A stretch of 64,000 nt of DNA from Histomonas meleagridis 2922-C6/04-290x (taxonomy: Eukaryota > Protista > Parabasalia): NCBI GenBank assembly GCA_020184695.1, contig JAANOX010000042.1, forward strand, positions 1 to 64,000, read 5' to 3'. Positions 30,601 through 41,300 of this stretch are shown here, piece after piece. Within the stretch, counting starts at the first letter, position 1; each line of letters begins with the position of its first letter. The position numbers were made by a program, and so were the translations under genes. The notes under the pieces are model-generated. The model saw nothing but the letters and a program-made list of their open reading frames with translations. It was not told the DNA's origin and searched no databases.

Positions 30601-32280
30601 TTAATAATATTTGAAGTTAATGATGAAGGAATTTTAAACAAATTAAAAGATTATGAAATGGAAAAATTAATTAATTTTTCATGGATACCTAATGAAGAAC
30701 GAATTGTGTTGTTTAATGATAATGATTTTATAATAGTAAATTTAAATGATGATAATATTATTAAAATTAATATTCAAAATAAACATATTACATCATTTAT
30801 AATAGTAAAATATTTAGAGAATTATTATTGTCTTTATGCTACAGATTCATCTAAATATGGATATTTCTCATTAAATAATATTCCAACACAAATTGATGTT
30901 AATTATCGATTTATTAATGTAAGTTTCTCAGTAACATATTTAAGTTATTGTAAAGAATCCGATATAATATTTATATCAACACGTGATGATCGATTTATTA
31001 CAATGATTAAGACTAAAGACTTATTTGAAAATAATATTAATCGAACAATACGAATTAAAACATTTGAAACGCCACAAAATTTAATGTTTTTGTTTTTACA
31101 TCCTAAAGATCCATTTATATATATATTTCAACATGTATCATCATGTGGTTTAATTGCAATAAAATTTTCCACTAAAACATTTAAATATAATAAAATATCA
31201 AATAACTTTTCACATTCAGCATTACCTTTATTAGAATGCGACATGACTGAATTAACAAGTTTTGTAACAACAAATGATTTATATTATATCACTAATAATG
31301 GCGAATTACAATTATTAAATTATAATAATAAAACACAAAATGAATCAACGAATATCAACAACAATAAAATTATTAATTTCGAACCAACAAAATTTAAAGT
31401 ACCATTAAACTTTTGGATGAATTGTAATCGTACAAGTAATCATATAACTATTACGACATTTAATAATAATAATATTTCTAATTTATTAGATTTTAATAGT
31501 TATATATTTAGTAATATAAATAATAATAATAATATACCAAAGTTAATGCGTATTCAATCATCTTCATCAAATTCGGTGATTTTAGGATTTGTAATATTTC
31601 CATCGAATAAGAAAAGTTCGACACAAATATATTATAAAATATTTAATCGTTATTATAAAGGTTCAAGATATCCAATCTCAATACCATTAAAACCAAATGA
31701 AATTGGACTTAATAAATTATATACAATCGAATTCGTTAACACAAATAATAATATAAATTCGAATATTATTATTGATGGAATTCATATATATACTATGAAC
31801 ATTAATGAAATTAGTCCTAAAATTTATTTAAATAAAAATGATGAAGATGAAGATGAAACTTTCGATTGGTTTAATAATGGTAATAATATATTCGATTTCA
31901 TTGATAATGATGAAGAGAATTTCGATGATAAAAAACAAAATTTGTTATATAACTTAAGTCGTAATTTAATGAAAAATGAATTAACAAAAGAAGAAAATAT
32001 TAAAATTATTAAATATATTTATCAATATCCAAAATATGCAAAATATTGTCGAACAATTATATTAAAATCATTAAATGATAATAATAAAAATAAGATAATA
32101 AATGATTGGTGCGATGCTTTAATAGAAGTAGTGAAAGAGAAAAAAGTAAATGATTGGAACACATTGTGGAGAGATGTTATGGTGCTGCCTGATGATAAAA
32201 GAAAAATTGTAACAGAAAATATTCGAAAATTACAGCCGGTGATAGAAGGAGAATTTGCTATTGTAAATGCTTTCCTTTGA
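27658..32280 (+). CDS. UBR-box zinc-finger protein resembling the N-terminal/central part of UBR4/BIG
   Basis: CTYVKTG..FIIQPWFRCYTCGL....GCCLACAQLCHKDH...FFCDC, followed by beta-propeller-like and DOC-like beta regions. Confidence 0.85.
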   Translation: MQKIQEFYDTSSPTQEMLEETWDIVGSLDVNSITPEAFSKITIFWSEVVGLLQFPSKKFYTVKVMSSIIRASQIAIMLCKKSHELGQKTTKPIESLLEISCDDMFQESEHVDFPLSEINDINSSIQFIQIVQKKLECGIPSISDVILLSLYFSIKFNNFTEDPEIIQIINEKTSIECPEKAPTFTGDFSVFKTKINPFHYLFVRSLFEEITGQSVIPLIENDELIDKMITSEYNPQYPYVFIYYKSSPVNVFEHVLENSIDYRVVILLSLSHLIEYADPYLTTNCISTEINPTLALTYVFSQDRVAKCAQNFLDNLMENELPKDWKDEISFITNTIKLPKSMKTLLFQLSVGDESSIIELLNFPQCIEYIDPKKSEKINILYHILSKDIIDFDITKVNVINAIEMWKMIQQNKEINYEKVLEVLEEDLNNRTNEELKNDKIKIAAIKFGCFQHNKLTTNYYDNIPKVFLTNFISKFLVINLNLIIILHYPKIELNEKIKNILQNFVSHFYISEENKKLINEKFQIKFDINLAFKSFNEIYLNITKEIELTKLLTSFIPLFKYNEFVISCIKSFVTKKDEKAFDILFSSNLPINIIAEMEKSLTKDELFEIFLRYTSTVTSLTYINHLLTNKDNENLIYSKIGDYCIERPKEMMLLIAKLSPNNEQIQTIIKSIIKFKEFVSNDLIELLLYLTNNHKNIKYEHCKCKHKNTISYEWKEDLNEKNQNEDDVINKEFTGTINPYEEEEQVKECTYVKTGEKFIIQPWFRCYTCGLKGNTGCCLACAQLCHKDHQLVFAENSSFFCDCFNSPYCKLNKNNKNINQKSNEPEKSKLEITNEETLQLFYKTIESNINNDNKNVKEDLMKRFNQYFSTLKTCDTISSQFMFEKIKKEKEFPNQNNLFSSLSTVFEGDLSLLVRRCTISPIILTCVTNNYLIFSDGTNLYSYSLLNFDLINTYKLTSPILQLQTSPNNNKKFAACSPKTLIIFEVNDEGILNKLKDYEMEKLINFSWIPNEERIVLFNDNDFIIVNLNDDNIIKINIQNKHITSFIIVKYLENYYCLYATDSSKYGYFSLNNIPTQIDVNYRFINVSFSVTYLSYCKESDIIFISTRDDRFITMIKTKDLFENNINRTIRIKTFETPQNLMFLFLHPKDPFIYIFQHVSSCGLIAIKFSTKTFKYNKISNNFSHSALPLLECDMTELTSFVTTNDLYYITNNGELQLLNYNNKTQNESTNINNNKIINFEPTKFKVPLNFWMNCNRTSNHITITTFNNNNISNLLDFNSYIFSNINNNNNIPKLMRIQSSSSNSVILGFVIFPSNKKSSTQIYYKIFNRYYKGSRYPISIPLKPNEIGLNKLYTIEFVNTNNNINSNIIIDGIHIYTMNINEISPKIYLNKNDEDEDETFDWFNNGNNIFDFIDNDEENFDDKKQNLLYNLSRNLMKNELTKEENIKIIKYIYQYPKYAKYCRTIILKSLNDNNKNKIINDWCDALIEVVKEKKVNDWNTLWRDVMVLPDDKRKIVTENIRKLQPVIEGEFAIVNAFL

Positions 32281-32588
32281 GATGGAAATACTTTGTGAAA
32301 AATGAATAAACAGAAAAATGAATAAATTTGTGAAAAATAGTAAATGTATTAATCATTGCAAAAGTGATAATGTGAAAACGAATGAGAAAGTACAATTTGA
32401 TTTTTTCGCCTTCATCAAAAATGTTATGCTGATAAGGGCAAAAAGCATAAATAAAAAATTCAAATATTTCCAATTTGGGAGCACATTTTTATTAATTTAT
32501 AGTTTATTATTTACAATAAAATTCACATCTAAAATATGATGGAAAAAATTCATTTATTATTCTATTTTTTTTTTTTTTTATCTTTTTA

Positions 32589-32631
32589 CAGCACAGTAGA
32601 ACGATAGAACTTTTTGATTGGTTTACATAGA
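32589..32631 (+). repeat. Left outer TIR
   Basis: CAGCACAGTAGAACGATAGAACTTTTTGATTGGTTTACATAGA matches the reverse complement of 36809-36851 at 38/43 positions (29 of the first 31). Confidence 0.8.
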
Positions 32632-32930
32632 TATACATTCATTGCATTCTGAAATAGAACTTAATTGTTACCATATTCGATAAATTTAATGAAAACTCTA
32701 TACAGACATGGTTTCTTACGACATAATGGTATAGTATTAATTTAAATTTTAATGTTTAATGACTAAATAACGGACAAATTATTTTTAAATTTATATAGAT
32801 CAGTTAAAATGATTATATTAAATATATAAAATATCAGTAATAATTAATTGGGGTGAATATTTTCGCCACACTAATTTTATACTTATTGTATAATCGGACA
32901 TCAACCATTATAAACTGATAACATCACCAC

Positions 32931-33896
32931 CGTTTATATAACCGTCCATATTTGAAAGTAAATCAATCTATCGGTTTTCCCAATACGTTTTGTTTGCTCT
33001 TTAATCGGTGAAGGGTAATTTATTGTTGTAAAAAAACGATAGGAAATTTCAAAGAAATAATACAATTAAGAATAAAAATATAAGAATAACACAATATGAT
33101 CAACAAACAAGAGTAACAATATAAGAGTAACAATATAAGAACAACACAATATGATTAACAATATAAGATTGACAATATAAGAATAAAAATATAAGAATAA
33201 CACAATATGATTAGCAATATAAGATCAACAGCATAAGATCGACAATATAAGATTAACAATATTAGACCAACAATATTAGACCAACAATATAAGATCAATA
33301 CAATACAAGATCAATACAATATAAGATCAATACAATATAAGATCAATACAATATTAGATTAATACAATATAAGATCAATACAATATTAGATTAATACAAT
33401 AAGATTAACAATATAAGGATAAAAATATAAGAATAACATAATATGAATAGCACAATAGAATTAATAACATATGATTAATATCATAACATTCATATAATAT
33501 GTTTGATTTCAATATAATTAATGTTTAATTTATAAATAATCATAAACATAAGTATGATGAATATTATGCTTTTTATTGAATGTCCATAAGAGTACATGTT
33601 TATTGTTATACAATTTACCAAATATTTTTAGAATTTTCTAACATTACAAGATAGATTTGATTTATCATGTCACTTTTTAACAACATTTTGACACATACAA
33701 TCATTTTGGCATACAATATATCAACACAAAAAAATTGTCACGAATGTGTACCAAGCTTTAATTGAATTATTTCTTTGAAATTTCCTATCGTTTTTTTACA
33801 ACAATAAATTACCCTTCACCGATTAAAGAGCAAACAAAACGTATTGGGAAAACCGATAGATTGATTTCCTTTTAAATGAGGACGGTTGTATAAACG
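32931..33896. mobile_element. 966-bp foldback/MITE-like unit with 139-bp inverted arms (32931-33069 and 33758-33896)
   Basis: The arms are reverse complements with about 6 mismatches counted by eye. The interior is non-coding with a minisatellite. Confidence 0.85.
33070..33480 (+). repeat. Degenerate 14/16-bp minisatellite (AACAATATAAGATC / AATACAATATAAGATC)
   Basis: More than 20 imperfect copies are visible. Confidence 0.9.
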
Positions 33897-33964
33897 TACC
33901 TTCTAATTCGGAAAAAAAAGATCATAGTAAAATCCGTTTATAATTGTTTCTCATTGTTTCACTA

Positions 33965-36221
33965 ATGCAAAGTTATCAACACATAACTTTAACACCTCAG
34001 GAATTGGAAGAAATAGAAACAGCGAATGGTTTATTTTATAATGGAAATTAAACAGAAGTATATTTTAAAACTTCAGGTGATATTCACAATTTCGTCTATG
34101 ACCTCTGTAGAAATAGAGGTTTTATTCCATGCGCAAAAGACAAAAAAACGAATCAATTTGTTAGATATCGTTGTGAGTATTCTGGCGATCCAACACCAGA
34201 TGCAAAATCTTCTAAGAAAACTGGATGCCCATTTTATTTGAATACTTCTCTAAACAAAAATGGTTATCACATAACTTCATTTGATGCCAGACACAACCAT
34301 CCATTAGAACCTGGAAAAACTTCTTTAATTATTAGTCCAGAAATTGAAAGAGAAATACAAATGCTTAGTAATATTAACATAAAACCAAGGCAAATTGCTG
34401 ATATTATGGAACTTAGAGGACTAAAAATACCTTCAAATATTATAGCTGGTATAATTTATAAAGAAAGATTTTCATCCATTGATGATGAATATGAAAGCCT
34501 TTGTAAATATATGGTTGATAATAATGGAATATGTGGTCCATTTGATTATATTCATCCTGAACAAAAAATGCCTTTAAAATGTGCAATTTGGACTCAGACT
34601 GAAGATGAAAAATTAAACTTATTAAAGTTTGGAGATATAATTTTCTTTGATAGTACAGACCCTAAATTATAAAATGGATGGATTGTAATACCTGTAAGTG
34701 TAATTGATTATAATAGACACATTCTTTCAGATGGCCTTTGCTTCTTAGCATTTGAAACTGAAGAAACGATTTCATTTCTTCTATTTCAGATTTTTACTCC
34801 CGATATTGCAGAAAAAAACGATGTAATAATTACTGATGAAGATCAATCTTATAGAAGTCCAATAGCAGAAATGAATCATTCTCCATATCATGTTTTTTGC
34901 GCAATTCATAAAAGAAAAAATTTTGATCGACATCTCAAAGAAAGCGAAGTTAACAAGTTCGAAAAAGTTGAAGCAAAGAATTTGTTTTCTAAAATTTGTT
35001 ATTCAACTAACAAAAGAGAAGTTGACAATTGCTTTTCATCATTGTTTCAATTAAAAGATGCGCAATTGGTAAATTATATAAGAAAAATTCCAAATGATAA
35101 AAATTATTTTTGTAAAGCGTTCATACAAAAATGCACACTTGGCTACAATACTTCTTCAGTTGCTGAATCTATAAATCGAATAATTAAGTCTGATACAGAA
35201 AAAAATAATGTTTTTGGCGGAATTTCGTAAGAATTACAATCATTCTATGCAAAGATCATATAGAAATGCTCAAATTTCTGATTCAAAATTATTATGTCCA
35301 ATTACTTTTCCTTTCCCAGATATTTTCCAAAATGCTTCCAAGATATGTGTTATTGAAATATTTACAAATATTTTAAAATCAAAAAATTACATTATTGCTG
35401 GTAATAATAAAAATAATTATTTTGTTGTCCATAAAGAACAAGAAGAAATGAAAAATGTTGTGGAAATTAATGAATCACATATTAATTGTACATGTGGTCA
35501 TAACATTGTGTATGGATACCCATGTCCACACATTCTTTGTGTTATATTTACATTAAAATTGAATATTCCGCATACAAATTTAATTCATCCACATTGGATA
35601 ACTTCTGGGACATTACCTTTAATGACTATTGATCCTGAATCACTTTCGAAGTTAAGTAATTTTGATATAAAAATAGAACAACAAATAATTGAAAAAAATC
35701 AAAATGAAATTGATATTAGTCTTGAGAATCAAAGTAGATATTGCAATATTGTATATCTTGGTAAGCAACTTGCCAGAATTGGCTCGCTTGCTTCTGATTC
35801 TGACTATAATGACATTGTTTTTCAGATGTCAAGACTTCTATCCATAAAATCATTACCAGTAAATGCATCGAATGAACCTGAAATGGCGGTTCCACGAAAG
35901 AAAGGAAGAAAAAAGAAAAGTCAAAACGAACCAGAAGTTATAAGTGAAGATACGCCATCATGCAGAATATGTAAAAGTGAAGAACACAGAGCAGAAAACT
36001 GTTCGATATATAATTATTACATTTGGAGAAAAAACAATCCTTCCGGTCCAAAAAATAAAAATAAATGTAAAGTTTGTGGCTCACGGGGTCATAATTCACA
36101 AACATGTGACGTAAGAAGAGGAGGAGTATTAGGGATAAATGATGAAGTAATTTATTCTTTATATGGAGATATTCTTCCAAATAATATTGATAACCTAATA
36201 CTAGAAAAAAGTAATGAATAA
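33965..36221 (+). pseudogene. MULE transposase pseudogene (FAR1-like DNA-binding domain, DDE, SWIM, two CCHC knuckles)
   Basis: RYRCEYSG..KKTGCPF..HNHPL; FFDST, ITDED, CAIH, TSSVAESIN; CTCG..GYPCPH; CRIC..HRAENC and CKVC..GHNSQTC. In-frame TAA at 34049 and 34670, and a frameshift near 35200. Confidence 0.92.
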
Positions 36222-36231
36222 AAAATTCATT

Positions 36232-36657
36232 GAAATTTGTTCTGAATATATTCGATAACCAAAAATTATCATTCTGAACTAAAATGTTGGTATATTTATT
36301 ATCTCCACGTAATGAATGTACAACAATCTTATAATATTAGAGAAATTTGTTTCGAATATATTCGATAACCAAAAATTATCATTCTGAACTAAAATGTTGG
36401 TATATTTATTATCTCCACGTAATGAATGTACAACAATCTTATAATATTAGAGAAATTTGTTTCGAATATATTCGATAACCAAAAATTTTCATTCTGAACT
36501 AAAATTTTGGTATATATATTATCTCCACGTAATGAATGTATAACAATCTTATAATATTAGAGAAATTTGTTTCGAATATATTCGATAACCAAAAATTTTC
36601 ATTCTGAACTAAAATGTTGGTATATTTATTATCTCCACGTAATGAATGTGTAACAAT
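36232..36657 (+). repeat. 110-bp tandem repeat, ~3.9 copies
   Basis: TTCGATAACC recurs at 36251, 36361, 36471 and 36581; the units are nearly identical. Confidence 0.97.
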
Positions 36658-36808
36658 TGTTTGCTGACTGAAATGATCAGCTATCATTGTCAACAATCCA
36701 AAATAAATTGTTTAAGCGCCAATTAAATAATTTTCACAAAAACTTCATTGAATATCGACGTTATCAAAATGACATATTGTCAAAATTTGGTTTTTACAGG
36801 GTAAATAT

Positions 36809-36851
36809 TCGATATAAACAAATCAAAAAGTTCTATCGGTTTACTGTGCTG
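36809..36851 (-). repeat. Right outer TIR
   Basis: Reverse complement reads CAGCACAGTAAACCGATAGAACTTTTTGATTTGTTTATATCGA. Confidence 0.8.
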
Positions 36852-36863
36852 CAGAACACTGTT

Positions 36864-37322
36864 CTATAACAAGACATCCCCATAAATAAATATCATATAA
36901 AACAAATAAATATCTTTAGCATTAATATCAATTCCATTTTGTTCGAGAATATATTTAACCAGTTCAACATTACCTGATTCTACACCAAAAATTAAAATAT
37001 TTTTTGGAATTTTCGTATTTTTGACAAAATGTTTAATAAGATATAAGTTTCCAATCTTTGCTGTTTCATTAATGATATTATCATTAATTATCATTCCTTT
37101 TTCTTTCAAAAATGAAAGAACTTCATAATTTCCACTGTGAATACAATAAACTATCAAATCATTATCTGATTTTTCTTCTATTTTATTTTCATAAAGATAT
37201 TTAAAGATATCATTTAGATGAAATTCAATTGCTGTTTCATATGTATCTTCAAATGATGAATGATTTTGTTCACATAAATGAATGATTTCTTCATTTACTC
37301 CAGCTATGGCATATTTACTGAA
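36864..37322 (-). pseudogene. DUF3447/ankyrin-repeat gene remnant
   Basis: KYAIAGVNEEIIHLCEQ..TAIEFHLNDIF (DUF3447) and GVESGNVELVKYILEQNGIDINAKD (ankyrin). No ATG; stops and frameshifts upstream to ~37500. Confidence 0.85.
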
Positions 37323-38313
37323 TTATTTAGTTTAGCACAATTCATTATCTTCTTGAAAATATGATAGAGCAATAATTTGATTCTACATTAAAATGTTTAA
37401 GCTTAATCAATTGATTGTATAAATACATTTATATTCGAATTGAATTTATTGATTTCTTCAAGAGCTTTCATAAAATCTAATAATATATTAGCATTTCACC
37501 TTTTAATAGCAAATTATGAATATATCATTTGACTAATAATTAAGTTAAAAGAGTATGTGTAATTAGTGTCAATTATACTTATAATTGATTAAAATATTTT
37601 TATTCGCTTAAATTTAATATGTTATTTTCTTTGTGTCAATGAAACAATATTGAATTGCTCCTAATTAACATAAAATTTCAGCTGCCAATTTTCAACGTAT
37701 GTATTTTATTTTGTTGAATTAAATTTATTTTGATTTAAGGCTGTTTACATGGATAATTTAAAAGAAATGAATATGCAAAATGCCTTTGCTGAGTTTAGTC
37801 CATTACTTCCACTTTTCCAAAGTAACTAAAACATGCTTAATATCATTATAAATGATATTTCGAATATATTGAAGTTGTTAAACTACCAACCAGGTATAAC
37901 AAAAATAATGACCGCAAAAACAATTGTCAGAAAAAACGCATTTCTTTGTTTAATTGTTATTATAAAAATGCAGAGAAATAAATATAAATATCATTTCACA
38001 TACATCTTCTCACTCACACGAAGACTTATGGTTGATTGTTAATGCATATTATCACTTTAAAATTTCAATAATATATACAAGAATTTATTTATTTAAAAAT
38101 AATAATAGCAAAGTTCAAAGTTTAATGGAGTTAATTAACGAAATCAATTTTATTAAATATTGAGAAATTATGCGGTTTTGTATTTATAAAAAATTATTTA
38201 TTCAATTTTTCGATTCATACATACCGAAAACAAGTGTTAATAGCTAAAGAAGTTCAAATCGCTCAGACATAAATTATTCATAAGTAATGGATGTTGTGTT
38301 TTATTGATATATC

Positions 38314-41300
38314 TCAATCAACGATGTCTTGGTGTAATGTTCCTGGATTTGTGGTCGAATTGCCCTTAGATTTCCTCCTGCGAATACAAATAACAACAAC
38401 AATCACAACAATAATTACCACAACAATTGGAATAACTATCGCTAATATCGTTGTCATTGGCATTGGCGCCTTCTCTTCTTGCTTTGGCGGACGTGGACAA
38501 TTTGCGTAGCCATCCCATTGTCCCTTCTCAACATCTAAAAATTGTCCTTCAGCTTTGCAGCCGAACTTAGTTGGGTAAAATGTGTTATATGACATTATAT
38601 ATTCTGTTGGTGATCCAAGGAATGCATCGCGAGAAACAGCAACAGTTTCTTGTGTCAAATCTTTAGTTTCGTATTCTTTGTTTGTGTAATAGATACATGT
38701 GAGAGATGTGTCACCAAATGATATATCCCCAATAGATTTAACGTCATCGTGTATTGAAGCTGAGTAAAGATTTGCACAGCCATAGAATACACCAAGTTGG
38801 ATTGAAGTAACTTTGAGCGGTATGTAAACATCCTTAAGCCCAGTGCAGAATGCAAATGCGTATTGACCAATTGATGTTACATTAGTTGCAAATGAAAATC
38901 CTAAATCAGTTAAACCTGAACAATAAGCGAATGCAGCATTACCAATAGTTGAAACATTACCAAATTGAACACTTGTTAAACCAGTGCAGAATGCAAATGC
39001 ATTTTCACCAATTGTTGTAACATTGACATAGAAATCAATTGATGTTATTCCTGTGCATCCATAGAATGCATAATTATCAATTGTTGTAATGTTAATTGGC
39101 AATATTACATTACCTGTTTTAGCTGGTGGATAACAGATAACTTCTGTTAAAGCTTTGTTATATAAGACACCATCATTATTGTAGTTAGCGAATACTGAAT
39201 TATTTGAATTAACATTAATTGTTGTTAATTGAGTGCAATTGATAAATAATGGCATATAAATGGTTTCAAGTGATGCTGGAAGTGTTATTGTGGTGATAGA
39301 ACTGCAATTAATGAAGGCATCTTGATGAATTTTTGTAACAGTATTTGGAATTTCTATACTACCTAATAAAATACAATTCCTAAATGCATCACCACTAATT
39401 GTTGTTAATTGTGAATGTTTATCAAATGTAAATTGTGTTAAAGCTACACATTCAGCAAATGCACTATATTCAATTGAATTTGCTTTGCTTCCTATTAACA
39501 CAGTTTGTAAAGAAGAACAGTTTTCGAAAGAAGAAGCACCAATTTTGTTAATTACATTTGATATGTTCACACTTGTCAATGAATGACATTCATGAAATGC
39601 ATTTTTGTAAATTTCTGTAATATCTTTGGGGAAATCAAATGTTTGAAGACCCTTTGCAGGTGGGAAGCAGTATATAATTGTAATTTCTTTGTTATAAAGA
39701 ACTCCATCATCATTATCATTAGCAAATTTTGGATTACCTTCTGATACTTTGATAAACTTAAGATGCGGGCATTGATCAAATGCTAAATCATAAATTGTTT
39801 GTACAGAATTTGGAATGATAATACTTTCTAATCCTGTATTTTGAAATGAATATGCACCAATTGTTTGTACACTTTCACCTAAAATAATTGTTTTCAGATT
39901 ATTACAATTTGAAAATGCACTCTGTCCAATTGATGTTACTTTATCTGGAATGATGATGTATGTGAATGAAGTGCAATCCTGAAATGCGTAAGATTCAATT
40001 GATGTTAAACTGTTTGGTAAAACAATGTTTCCTAATGCTGTGCAGTTATTAAATGCATATTGAGGAACTTCATTGATTTCTGTATTAAATAATACATTTG
40101 TTAATGATGTGCAATTATCAAATGAACTTCGACTTATTGTATCACCTGATTTGATAACAACAGTCTTCAAATTCACACAATCAGCGAATGAATATACTTG
40201 GAATAAATAAGATCCAACTGCTTCATATGAAACTTTTTCATGAGCAGGTGGGAAGCATAGAATTTCAGATGAGCTATAAAGAATTCCATCACCAGCAATA
40301 TTCTTATAAACATTATTATCCGAGCTAACTATGATAGATTGAAGACGATAACAATGGTAAAATACATAATTTCCTATCGATGTAACAGTGGATGGGATCT
40401 TAACTTCTCTTAAAATCGTACATTCTTGAAATGCATAATTATTAATTTCTCTGACGCCCTCAGAAATTTCAACTGTTTCTAAACCACATTTTTCAAATGC
40501 ATTGTTGCCAATTGATTGATATTGCATTGGTACTTTGAGAGTTCTTAAAGAAGTACAATTATAAAATGTTTGTGATTGTATAGAGGGACTTAAATGGAGT
40601 GTTTCATTATCTTGTTCCTCAAGGATAAGTGAACTTAGTGAATAACAATTATAAAATGCAAATTGGCCAATTGATTGTACGAATGATGGAATTCTAATGC
40701 TTTGCAATCCAGTGCAATCGTAAAATGCATTATTTCCAATTGTTGACAATGTATCTCCAATGCTTACTGATGTTAATCTTACGCAACCAGTAAATGCATA
40801 TTCACCAATAGAATATATGATATTTCCAAATGAAACGGAGCGTAAGTTATAGCAATAAGCAAATGAATATTGGCTGACTATTCCAACATAGCTAAAACCA
40901 ACGCTTTGTAATGACATACAATATTGGAATGCATAGCTATCAATTGTTGTTACATTGACACCAAATGAAATTGAAACTAATGAAACGCATGATTCAAATG
41001 CATATTGAGGAACAGTCTTTATTAGATTTGGAATTGATGTACTTCTTAATAAATAACAGTTTTGGAAACAGTTAGATCCGATTGATTCAACATTTGCTCC
41101 CATGTTAACAGATTCTAATGCATAACATGTTTGAAATGCACTATCTGAAATTGTTTTAACTGAACTTGGAATTGTAACTGATTTCAAACTATAGCAATTT
41201 TGGAATGCACTTCCATAAATGACTTCTACTTTTTGGCCAATAGTTACTGTTGTTAAATTAATGCAATATAAAAATGTTTTGGTGCTAATGAAGGTAACTT

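Larger units (their letters stand above)
32589..36851. mobile_element. Decayed Mutator (MULE) DNA transposon, ~4.26 kb
   Basis: About 43-bp imperfect terminal inverted repeats enclose a MULE transposase pseudogene. No target-site duplication is visible. Confidence 0.75.

Noticed and set aside
32591-32599. CACAGTA in the TIR as a RAG/Transib RSS heptamer
   Set aside because: It is not terminal, there is no nonamer or 5-bp TSD, and the enclosed transposase is MULE type.
33070-36657. Tandem arrays as a CRISPR
   Set aside because: No unique spacers, no cas genes, and a eukaryotic context.
36499-36696. 65-aa minus ORF over the 110-bp array
   Set aside because: Product of the repeat; the 110-bp period is not a multiple of 3.
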